Below are positions 37,331 through 49,699 of a stretch of DNA of 64,000 nt, in pieces. The notes under the pieces were generated by a model. The model ran no database searches and was not told where the DNA came from. It saw only the letters and a list, made by a program, of their open reading frames with translations. Both the position numbers and the translations under genes were made by a program. Position 1 is the first letter of the stretch. Every line of letters starts with the position of its first letter. This DNA comes from Thalia democratica. Lineage: Eukaryota. The DNA is taken from the NCBI GenBank assembly GCA_965202585.1, contig OZ241827.1, positions 26,784,001-26,848,000 of the forward strand, read 5' to 3'.

Positions 37331-40300
37331 CAAAGCTCACTTTTGTTTTAGTTAATCAGTTTAAAATTTCAGCGCTGCTAAAAGCTTGATAACAGTAAAA
37401 ACTTGATTGGTTTTAATTAACTTAAGTGTAGGTTTTAGCTTTATGAAAATTATTTTATGTTTGAGATTATACTTTGTATTATAATTTTTTTAATGTAAAT
37501 TCACCTATTATAAATTATAAGATTTTAATTGCTTCATTTATTGGTTTAAAATTAAATACTTAGCATAAAGTTGTTAATAATTAATTATCAAATATTTATC
37601 GCTTTTTTGTATAAAACTTCAATTGTCTCCTATACATTTTCAAGTTAACTTGATACTGTATTTAAAATAAGTGAAAATTTTGAACATATCTTTTATTAAT
37701 ATTTATTATATACTGCGAAAAGTTTTTTTTAGGTAACGCATTTTTCTTTTCAAAGTAACAGAAATAAAGTTTCAATTTTGTAGCAAAGTAAGTAGTAAAG
37801 TTTCGATTTCTTTAAATTTATTCAAATACAGTTATTGTATAATCACTCACTAAACCGCGGGTATTTGGATTTTAACGACGGTGTTTTATAACAATTATCA
37901 CTGAAACGTTTGCTGCTGTTTGAACTCGTTTGGTTCTTAGAATTATTTTACAATTTTCTTAGACATATTAACGAAAAGTTCTCAAAAACATGAAACCAAA
38001 ATAACAAAGCATAAGAATTTTATTTTCTCAGTAAAGCTATTAGATAGGTAATATCAAACGATTATTTTGTATCTGTTTGAACTTTAATTTGAAAAACTTT
38101 TATATAGATTTTATTACATCAATTACTTTTTTTCGAATATTTCAAACATTTTAGTAAACAAAATACTAGAAAAAAATTGTATAACTCATAATTTGACTAG
38201 TTTATTCTAATATACAACCGTTAGAATTTTTCAAACTAACCGTAGAATAAATAACTATTTTGAAGTTTCTGAAAGTATAACAAAAAAAAAAAAACAGTTA
38301 AACAAAAAAAAAACATCATGAAAATAAATAACAAGTTAATTATCAACAGTCGTGGGGCAGTGGAAATTTCGCGTCCGCCTCGCCGTCTGCCATGGTTCGT
38401 CCGTACACCGCCCGCGCCTTCACCTACGCCGAGAAGATCGAGATGATGAAGCAGCAGAACGACTACGACACCGAGTTCGTTGCCAAGCACCTGCACGGAT
38501 CACTATCGTCCAATCAGCATCAAGCTGCCAGCGTCATCAGCAACGATCACGACAGCTCGACCGCGAGTCCTGGTTGGTTTATTGGTTGGTAACAAAAATA
38601 CTTGAGTTTTTAAAATTATCAAGCAGTTTTCAAAGCTGACATACTTTGTTTATATTTGTTTATACTGTTTTTTGACAAGCAGTTGTTCAGCTAAAATAAG
38701 TTTCTATTAAAAAATCCACTGTTTTAGTCATAAACTAGCAACTACAAAAATTAGCAGGCAACGCAGGACCCGCCACGTCATCGGAAATGACATCACAATA
38801 CCAGCAGATAACGGCCAATCAGAGCAAGATGATACTTCAGCAGGCCATGGCCAACATGGTCCAACGCAAATCGCCCAATCAGCAAGTCGCAAGTCCGAAC
38901 AGCAACGCTTCGTCATTTGAAAAAGGTTATTTAAGTTTTATTTTTTAATATAAAGTGTTACTTATTATAAACGCTATTAAATAAAAAGCATCGAAAAAAG
39001 TTTAAATCTTTAAAATGTTTAATTTTTTGTTTTTGACGCATTAATTTAAGAAGAATTTGTTAACCTTAACTGCGTTGTAAAAATAATTGATGATTTGTTC
39101 TATTCTATTTCTGTTTTAAGTTTTTCTATAAAAGTAAGCTTTCTTTGTTAACCAAGGAAGTTGAATTTTTTTAAATGCCTTAATGCGTCATTAATTACAG
39201 TAAAAATTTGTGTTACTTCTTTACTTGTTATTGATAAAGTAAATATAGCAGGAAATAGATGAAAAATTACTAACATAATTAATTTAGCTCAAAAAATGTC
39301 AGAGTATATTATTATTTAGTTCTGTAAATGAAGTAGATATTGCGAAACCCGATGAAACACACTCAACTCTAGCTAAATCATTTGTTGAATCTGATTAACT
39401 GTTGGTCTTAGACATTAAACCCTTATTACACGCCGTTTTTGCGTACTAGCGTAAAATCAGTTTTGATAGTTTAAACGGCATTAAGTCCACTTAAAGTGCG
39501 TTTAAATTAAATCGAAATAGATTTCAGCTGGGAAACGGCGTATTTTTTGCTTGGCGATAAGGCGCGATAAGCGGGCCGAAAGACCTAAGCGCATTAACGA
39601 TGGACTTTCAAGATCGCGACGGGGCCTTATATACATGTAAATAGCCACCCTCCCAAGCGCACATATATATTGTTATGTATTTATAACGCAGAGATCTGAT
39701 ATCTCTCAGCCGAGAGAAAGTTTCAATCTGTTTTGTATTGTAAACACGCCCCGCCAATACAGTCGGCGCAATTTTCAAATCTCCTTCAAATTGCCGGTGC
39801 TTTTTTTCGAGTTGTCTGCGCAGTCGGTGTGTGGTGCCGGCCTACCGTGAAATTGCACCTCTCATGTGCCCGTGACTTTCATGCACACATTAACGTTTGG
39901 TAATTTGCAGAATCGGCTCAAGTTTCCAACCAGGCTCAAGCGTACAGCGCCGGAAGTCGCCAGAAAAAGAAGAAAGACAGCAGAACAAGTCAGTTTTGTG
40001 TTGTGTAAATTGCGTGTCAAACCTTTTTTTACAAGTTTCTTGAGAAAAATTTAGCGTAAAATCGATTTGTACACTGTTTTGTTATGATTTTTTTCATTGT
40101 GTCGGACGTTATATTTGCTTTAATTTTGAGTTGTATAATTTTAAACTGGAAATTGCTTTTTCCCAAAACAAAACAAAATGCGTTTTATCTTTAAAGCTTC
40201 AGTAAAACACAAAATTTATCTGGTCATCGTTTAAACATTAAAATATTATTCAAAGGTTCGGGAGAAATTGCCAGCTTAAACGGTTCCCTAAGCGCCCAAA

Positions 40301-43300
40301 CACCAGCGGTCAAGCAGGAAAAGAACCACTCGGAAACAGCCAGCAGAAAGTCTTCACCCCAAAACAACCACAGTCACATGGTAAGAGGCATTTATCAAGC
40401 GTAACCTGATACGTTGTTTGCGATTAGATAGTTTATTCAAACCTTTAATTTTCGCCAAAAGCAATTTAAAACTTCCTATTCAAGTGTCGAGCGGTAATAG
40501 TTGTGAAGCTCAAATTAAACGATAAAAGTTTCCAATTTCAACTTGACAAGTTTAGATTGCTTTTTTATCTTAGATTTAAAGTTTTCACAATGCGAGTGTT
40601 TTATCGTATCATAAAAAAAAATAGTGTTACTGTTTGTATAATTAAGAAAATACGTTATTTTTAAAAAGTTTCAAAATCTACCTTTAAAATTTTTCGTTTA
40701 GTTTCCGACATGAAATTGATTTTTTTTACAGATTTAGCAACAATTTAAACTGCCAATTTTCAATTTTTTTTTTAAATTAATTTCTTTTGCAGAACGGAAA
40801 CGCAACACCTGCTGTTTCAACGACACTGCAGGCGCCCCAGCTGCTCAACCAATCAAATGCCAGCATGTTCCCGTCCACGTCGGACTACTACGGGCAGGGC
40901 GAGTGGGCCAGCACCGCCATGGCCACGCTGCTGCAGCAGGTTCACCAGCAGAAACAGAAGACTCCTCCCATCAGCATGGTATGTCATTGTTACAGCGATG
41001 TCATGTTAGCTTTGAAAGTGTTTTGATAATAAAAAGCCGATGAAATGAATTAGAATTAAGGTATTGTTGTATATTTTAATTTGCTCTGATTTTGGCAAGC
41101 CGTTCTGTTTGAGAAATGAAACGGTGATGGTTTTGTTGACAACAACTTCAAATAAAAACTTGAAAGGTTAACGCGTCTATTGTTTTTAAATGAGATGGTT
41201 GGCATAGAACCATTAAGTGTAACAAGCAGATGTTTAAGAGAACGCTAACAAGTAATGTATGAAAGTGTAAAATATGTTAGCGGTTAAAATTGCTATTAAT
41301 TGTTATGCATGATCATATTATGTATACATTGTAATTGTGTTTTATTTTCAGTTTTAAGTGATGAACATTAAAATCATTTGCAATTGTCAAAACACTGATG
41401 TATTTAGATATTACTTTACTAAGTTTTTACAGTTTTTTGTAATTAAATTTGCATTAATTTTAACGCCCTATGTATAAAATGTCTATATAAAGAAATTAGA
41501 TGTCATGTTTAACATATGTGTAACGCGTTAGTTTATTTTTACATCAACTTAAACGGATAATAAAACCCAGCCTTGAACAATTCCCACTGTTTAGGTGTTT
41601 TTTAGAACTATAAAGTGTAATAAATTACTACCTGTCACAGTTATTTTGAATTCAGTTTTTATTCGATTCAATTAATATTTAATTGAACAAACATCCATAT
41701 ATCGTCAAATATTAATCATGCAGTTTATATTTATCTCGGTTTTGATCAGTTGATGATAAACGCAAATATTTGCGTATTTAGCATGACGTTGTTTGCAAGT
41801 AATTAATATTAGAAACTTGGTCGATCAGCAAATTTGCTTCTAGCCGATAAAACTTGTTGCGTTTGCAGATTAAAAACTAGTTAGTTTGTAATCTGCGCTT
41901 CCAAACTTCAACATTGTTTTTTTTTTGTTACTTCGTTAAATTTTTAGTATATTTTACACAGAATATATTTAATGAAAAATATTAAATATGTTTTATACAC
42001 CATTTTTTTGGATACAACTTTCTTTAACCCTTAACATTTAATCAGCTTGCAAGAGATAATTAGTTTTTGTATCACAACATCATTTAATTTGATACAGCTA
42101 CCTTTTGCCGGGTTTCCGTTGCTAGCAGCAGGCACGCCCCGAATAACGACACCAAGCGACACGACCCAGCAGCAGATGATTTACGAGGCGCTGAACAACA
42201 TGCAGATGCTGAACAGGCACCAGCAGAACCACATTCAGATGGAATCAGCCAATCAGCATGCCGCGTTGCTGCAAGCCGCTCTGCACAGCAACGCGCACAA
42301 CAAAAAAGACGAACAACGTTGGTTTTGTTGAAAAACAGCTTAAATTTATTTAAATGGTTTAATAAAAATACATTAATACAAATAAAGACTTAGGCATTTT
42401 AGAATAGAATATGTTTTTTTAGTTTTATTTCAAACATTTTATATTATAATACTCGTTGATACTTTATAGGACAATAACAGTAATAAATAATATAAATTTA
42501 CACAGACTTCGCCAAAATCAAGCAGAATGGTTCGAACCGCTCGTCCAAGCTGAAAAGGTCGCGGTCCACCAAAAGCGACATGCATCACCAGAGGAACGGC
42601 AGCGCCGAATCGTCGGACGCCAAGCGGCACAAGACCTCGCCCCACAACTTCTACCCCTCCAAAAATTCCCTGACCCCTCCGTTGCCGGTCAACTCCAACC
42701 ATCAGCACAAGTTGCAGCAGCAACTGAGCTTGGACCAGCAAAAGGAGAAAGCGGCTGCGAGGTTGGCGGAAAACAGGGCCTTCCCCGCGCCAGTTGCCAA
42801 CGGCGACGACCCTTCTGCCAAGAAAATATCTTCCAACCCAGCTGCAAACTCCAAGTATGTTGATTTATTTTTTTTACTTGAACTTGAGTTTTTAAAGAAG
42901 TAACTGTTTGTGTTTGTTTTTTGAAATCTTGCCCAGTAAACTTTGCTTGATAATTTAATTACACTGAATACAAGGAGATAACATCTGAACACGGTTTCCA
43001 ATTTCCCAGTCCGAACATTAGCATGCAAGTTTTTTCAGAAGCAGCAAATTGATTTTTTTCACGTGAGACAAAAAAAAAATCCAAACTTCCAAGCAGCTCG
43101 CATATACGAAAACGCTAAACCGCAATTTTTTGCTAGCTGTGGTGGTGCAGTTCCCATGCAGCTCGCATGTTGCCATCGCAACACTCTCACCAGGTCTCCT
43201 GGTAATTCTCGCCAGCGTTTGCTGTGTTGTATGACGTAACATCGATTGATTTTGCAGCGAAATTGATTTAAGGAGCTGCTCGGAGTCGCGAGCGCTTGGA

Positions 43301-45424
43301 ACGCGAGAAAAGAAAAGATAAGAATATGACATTACGTTTTTTTTTTTGCAGGAAAGTTGCTGTTGCCAAAAACGGCGGGGTTGCTGCAAGCAGGGCCCCT
43401 GAAGTAGTTGATAAAAGAGGGAGTTTGGTTCTTTCCAAAGGGGACCAGTTGGTTGTTGTCGGTGACGTAAACAAGGCGTCGTTGCTTAGCAACAGCGAGG
43501 TTTCGTTCACCCTCAATGAAGATTTCAGTAGCTTTCACGTTAAAAATGATCAACAGAATAAAAATTCAGAAAAAGACTTGTCTGACAAAACTGAGGTAAG
43601 TCGTAAAGTTCTATTTTGAATAAAAGTAATTTCTAACTTTTTTCAGTTAAAAGAATACTTAATTTATCTTTTTTATATACTATAATACCGTATAGAAAAA
43701 ATTTATTTTCTTTCACATACACAAGATTCGGTTTGATAAAATTTCACTTGTTTTTATGAGCCAAACCATATTTACGTCACAATACTTTAAAACTCTACAT
43801 TCCATCATAGTCAAACAAGCGCAACAAACGAGTCGCCCAGATTTACAAAACGGAAGAAAAGGGGGTTAAAGCGATATTTGTGCTTGGAAACATCAAAAGG
43901 AGGCTGTCACGAAACGGAAGGCACTTGAAGGGGCACCAAGTTTGAAGTGTTTTGATTGCTCGCTTCAGTGCGAGTCAGCCAGCTAATCTCGTGCAGGATT
44001 AACCGAATTCAATGCGAGCCATCTGTTGCATGCACAACTTTTCCTTTTTATCCGAAAAGTCGCCCATGTATTCGCGACAAAGCGTATTTTCGCATGGAAT
44101 TAAGAAGCGAGTAATCTCACTTCCCCTATTTTAGATATTTCAGATATGGCGGCCGTTCTTTTTTTTCTATTTATGAGGTCAAACTTTTCATTCCAGCGGA
44201 CGAACTTGAGAAAGTGCGTTCTGAATATTCGCGCTAATTTGTGTAACGAGCATTTTTCTGTGCGCGGAATTCTTTTGGTCGCCGCTTTTTTCTTCTGGAC
44301 AGTTAAATTAAGCTCGGTTCTCGGGAATTTCGAAATGACTTCCACTATTACGTCATAACAGCAATGTTGCGGGAAGAAAAATCGAAAGCGAGTGTCTATT
44401 AGAATATCCGAAAGCCTGAGGCCTTATGGAAATATTTCCATCAAGGTATGTGTGCATTTGCGCAGCGCGAATTAGTAGGAAAACTGTACGAATTTGGTCG
44501 CGACTAAACATCTTTGTAATTTAGTGCTTTTCTTACAGCAGCTACACGCTTTTGAGATGAAAAGCTTGTATTTGTTTTTGGGCAGTATAAATATTTCACA
44601 AGTTGTAAATCTTCTTTTACGACCAAATTGCGTAGTTGTCTGCTTTCTTACGTAAACTTGATTTACGGCTTGTTTTTGAATTAAATTTTCATTTGAACAT
44701 GTTTATGACGTTTTAAAACTTTTAAGTGCTATAGCTTGGTATATTTAAATTTTGATTTTTTTTAAACACAAAAAAGTATTTTATAAAAAAAGTATACTTC
44801 TCGAATGAAAAGCTTTAAAGTTTGTAAGATTTTTTTTTACGTTCAAATAACTGTTTATTATAGTTCACTTAACATACGAATCACGTAATTAATGCTAAAG
44901 TGTTTTTATTCCAAATGAACTTTTCAACCTAATACAACGCCAATATGTCAAATCCTAATTCTTTACAACTGTACTATCGAGCTTTATATAACTAAATTTA
45001 AAATAGTTTAACAATACTTAATTTTATTAAAGACAAAAATTCAACTTTTGGAAAAAATAAACTCATAAACTTTGTCTTTTTCTTGCAAATGTGTTTTAAA
45101 AATTTAAGTCAAAGCTGCACTCAAAGTGAAAATAGCTTCTTATAAACAAACTTCGCTTAATGTCTCAAGTAATTTTAGAAAACAAATTTATTCAATTCGC
45201 AGATGGACAAGTTGTTCAGCAAGTTCGTACAAACAACGGTCACGTGCAAGGTGGTGGAAAAAACCCGGATGTGCCGAGTTTGCGGGCACAAGGTCACCGT
45301 CGCCTCCTCCCAAATTCCCCAAGGTCAGCCGGAACTCCACTACCAGGATTCCGACCTGGACCGGGAGTTTATGAATCACGTGATGGCACATTCGCTAAGT
45401 GACGTCATGAAAGCCGGGTTGTAA
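37197..45424 (+). CDS. Gene B: putative transcription factor with an N-terminal HTH-like motif, Q/S/N-rich middle and atypical C-terminal CxxC-(31)-HxxxH zinc finger (~565-592 aa)
   Basis: Phase-consistent exons: (37197-37238 tentative), 38350-38572 (Kozak gccATGG at 38392), 38758-38925, 40256-40380, 40793-40978, 42098-42317, 42506-42854, 43352-43595, 45203-45424 (stop). Exons are GC-rich with C/G-ending codons. Motifs: RAFTYAEKIEMMK, VKQE, basic KRSR and KRHK, and CRVC...FMNHVMAH. Confidence 0.8.
39400..40070. promoter_or_regulatory. Intronic GATA+ETS island in gene B (putative enhancer)
   Basis: Tandem GCGATAAG at 39554-39561 and 39564-39571, GATATC near 39699 and CCGGAAGT at 39950-39957, in a CpG-rich patch. 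Confidence 0.45.
43700..44480. promoter_or_regulatory. CpG-rich island in the last intron of gene B
   Basis: GC-richer non-coding patch with TTACGTCA half-sites (~43773, ~44348) and CGGAAG ETS-like cores. No ORF compatible with the exon chain. Confidence 0.4.
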
Positions 45425-48057
45425 TGACGTCACCTCGCATTAGAAAGTTGTAAATTTTGTAAAACTCTGGGGACGTGTACAGATTTGGTTTCTGGATTAA
45501 TTTCTCTTTTGATATTTAAATAATTTTTTTAACTTATTTGAGAAGTATTCTACTTTTATTTTTATTGTGAACTACTCTTTTTTAGTTCTGTAAGTACTGA
45601 ATAAAACCTAATGTGGCCAAAAATTACTAACTTTTTTGTATGATATTTTCAAAAGTTTAGAATTAACTATTTATTTAACTATTTTAGCCCTTTTAACAGC
45701 CAATAAAGTTTTACGAGTTAAGACCGATAATGCTTACAAAAACCATTTTGAAAAAAAACCCAAGTGTTTCTTAGTTATAAATTATCATATACTTAACTGA
45801 TTTTTGTTTAGATTTTTTTTAATAAATAAAAATAAATATGTTTTTTAAACTGCTATTTGATTGAGGGTGCCAACAGTATTTATAACTTATTTACTACAAA
45901 CATTTGATAGGCTTTTTGGTCGTTAGCTAAACAGTAGTTTTTGTAAATATATTATTTCCTTATTTTTGATTGAGTTCGTTTTCGTAATATTATGTTATTT
46001 TTGCCATTTTACTCTGTTTTAAAACCTAAAAAAAATAACGAATGTAAAAGTTTCTTTTCAACATGTACTTGTGAAGTTTTCAAACCGACAAGCACATACT
46101 GACTTGGTGCAGAAAGAATATATGCTCGATTAGGTTTTCAGTTGATTGTTTATTACTGCATACATTCTTATATCATAATATATTTCGGTGCTCTTGTAAA
46201 CAGTGGATTTTTTGGACTGCCCTCGATTTCGTTTGTATCCTCACCCGGGCGACTCGGATTCCACTTTTTCTTTTTTCGTTTCGTTTTAATTTCTGTTCGC
46301 CACTAAAATAAACTGTAAATTTTTATACGTTTTGTTTTTTTTTGATTTTTTTTGTTATAGTATGTCGTGTTGGTCTTGGTGATTATTTTAACTAGTACTT
46401 TTAAGTGCGTTAGTTTAAGAAAATAAGATATTTAGTTATTTTTTAGAGTGCTTTTAAATGGTACTAACGAGCATTTTAAAATGTAAATGATTTTTTTAAG
46501 TATCAACTCGTTTTATTGTAAACAATTAAAAGTAAGACAAAAACATTAAGTAATTAAAAAAGTTTAAAATAGTAAGTACAATCAGATAAATTTCACTAAT
46601 AAAATCCCAAGAAATATTATGGATTTTTTATTTCTCAACAAAGTATTGTTTTAAAATAGGTAGCAGGTTTAAAAACAACTATTAAAGTTTGCAGTCCACT
46701 TTTTTTTTAATATTTTTAAATACCAAATAAATAAAATATCATTTGAGTGCATTTAAAGTGCTCATAATGTTTTGTATTAATTACAGAGCTTGCAAAATCT
46801 CTCTTACGTAATAAAATACTATAATTACGCTGACAAAGCACACATTAAGGTAAAATTTGCCTTAATGTTTTAAATAGGAAATGAATGAAGTTTTACCTTT
46901 AATATTACATTATGGCCTTTAAAAGAGTTTTTATTAATTAAAATTATTGTTTTAATTATTTTTCTATCATTAAAAAAGTATTTGAGTCAACTAAAAAATT
47001 TACTTGAACAATAATAAAACCTCTTGAATATGAAAAGACATTTTATTTTTCACTTTTATCTAAGTGATTTTTTAATCTAAAGCTATTGATAAGTTGGTTA
47101 AAATCTTGTTTGGAAACTAAACTTTCTAAAAGTTGTTATATCAGATATACTGCGATAAGGCGTTAAATACTTAAGTTTCAAGCAAAATGCGTCGGAAAAC
47201 CTATATGTTGTTTCTAGTTTATTTAGATAACATTTTCACTTTAGACAACTTGTCTTATATAAAGTTTCATATCTTGTTTGATTTTATAAAAGTATATATT
47301 TAAAGTAGAATGTCTAATAATGATGTACACATTTGTAAGCTTTTTATCCAATAAACCTTCACTAACTTGTAGAGTAACTTGTAGAGCTGTTCATACTTTA
47401 AAGGCAGTGAAACGTTATCAGTCTGAAAACTATCTACCTACAAAAACAGTTATTTGTAAAAGTCGTTTATTCTTACACACTCAACTGTAGAATTAACAAA
47501 CTGCTACCTTTTTCAAAAAGTATTAACTTTAATTAAGCTAACACATTAAAAAACCTACTTATAACAGACAAATATTTCATTCTACTTATTATCGAGCTAA
47601 AAGTCATGAAATATATTTAGTTACCGATATGATATCACGTAAGTTTTAATATCTACAAAGCTGCACTATTGAGTTTTTTAATTAGTAGTTATAGCAAACA
47701 AAGCAAATTTTGAAAATTATATACTTTTTGTTTGAGGCGTACAAAAATTTAACAAGTTAATTTTAAACCAGATGAACACATAAAAAAAACTTTATTACAT
47801 GATGACTTGTCTTCAACTAAGTTGTGGTAAATATAATTGTGTTTTTTTAGGCGTTTTTATTTTTAAAAGAAACTTTTTTTTTTCAAAACTTTTAAAATCT
47901 ATGTACTTAAATTTATAATCTATAAAAGTAAGTGAATAACAAGTTTAAATGTTGCTGTTAAAATAGTGTTTTTATTCTTTTCCTGATTATTTTCACCTTT
48001 GATTTAATGCAACTACAGGATTTTTTTTAAATTTATCTTATATAAAATTCTAAAAAA

Positions 48058-48225
48058 TTCTTAGATACTGCATTAAAGATGCATTTAAAAAAGTCTTAAT
48101 AATTTAGGTAATAAAATCTAAAATAAATAGGAAAAAATACTTTGGACTTAGAAGTTTTGAAAAAACAAAGCTTCCAAAAACATACTCTCAAAATCTAAAT
48201 GTATCTTTAATGCAGTATCTAAGAA
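48058..48225. mobile_element. Small MITE-like element with 30-bp inverted repeats
   Basis: TTCTTAGATACTGCATTAAAGATGCATTTA (48058-48087) and its reverse complement at 48196-48225 (one mismatch) flank a 108-bp AT-rich spacer. No TSD recognised. Confidence 0.65.
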
Positions 48226-49699
48226 AATTTATTGTTTCTTAAGTAGGCAAACTATGAAAATATGAACTTAATAAAATAAATTCAAAAGTTACAGAATACA
48301 TCTAGCTAATGCATTCAGTTAAACATTGTATATTTTTAAGTAAATGATAATAACGTTACAAAAAATGCAAATATTAAGTATTAATATCTGATACTAATCG
48401 AAAAATTCTGTTTTTAAAATGTAAAAAGCACAACCAATTTAGACTAACAAAGTTGATAAATGTTTTAGGCTATGAAAGGTAGTAGATATTTATTTAATAT
48501 TTAAATACTAACTATTATCCATAAATTACGTTTTATGTTTTACTTCTATATTCTTGGTTATTTTTCACATTTTTTTAAAACTTAAACTTTAAAGATAGAA
48601 ATAATAATGTAGTGCTATTTTGTTTATCAGAAACGTTTTAGTTAAAATAATAAATTTACTATAACAATATACTAATACCATTCAAGTAGAATAATCAGTG
48701 AAAACATTTTTTTTCACAGGCTATTAATAGTTAAGATAGTTTTATTTACTTTTTATAACTATAGTTTTGCTAATTGGTAATTATAAACGAATAAACAGTT
48801 GTTTACTATAATTCAAGAATTTTTTTGTCTAAACTCAATACAGTGTATGTGATTTGTTCTTAAAAACTCAAAAACAGCTTATATATGACTTAATGAAGTT
48901 ATAAGAATAAACCCTTTTGTATATAAAGACATATAAACAACGTAAAGCATTTATGTTCATCGAATTTATATGTCAAGTTAACAAAAGAAAACCTAATTTT
49001 CTTGTATTTTCTTAACATCTTAGCTATATAAATACACTGTTTTTTTTTTCATGTTTCTATAGTATATAACTACGCCTCATAAGAAAAGTCTTTATTGTAT
49101 TTTACTATATAGTTTAATTTTTACTTACTTTCTGCACATTTTACATATTAAACGTATTATAAGTTTGATAGTCATCAACAAAAATGTTTTGATTTTTTTG
49201 ATTCTAAATAAATGCTTTTTTTATGTAAAAAGAAAGTTTTTTAGATTTTTTTTAATTTATATACTTATAATTTTAATATCATGCATATGCTTCACAGTTT
49301 GATTTATTTAAAATCATGTAGCACATAGTTTTTACACTTGAAAGTCTATTTTTTTTAGTTCAAAAAAAAACCATGTATAACTTTTTAAATAAATTAGAAC
49401 TATATATATACAAAATAAAATATTTCAAAGCAACATTTAATTAATTTATGTTTTTTACCTGTAAACTGTATGTTTTCTGCCCCAAAAAAACTTTTATTTT
49501 TTTTTAATATTTTTTTTGCTGTAGCTTTTTTACTTTATTCTAACTTACTTTCATTATTTACATTAATATAATATTCAGCGAAAAATTACAACTGAAAAAA
49601 AATTAAACTAAAGTTTTTTTTCTGGTCCAAAATTGGCAATACTTATTTCTGAAAATAAGTAATTTATCTAAAAATTAATCGATTGCAAAAATGAAATGA

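Noticed and set aside
42439-43553. Several 70-135 aa ORFs in other frames and on the minus strand around gene B exons
   Set aside because: They overlap exons already explained by a phase-consistent model; they are shadow frames.
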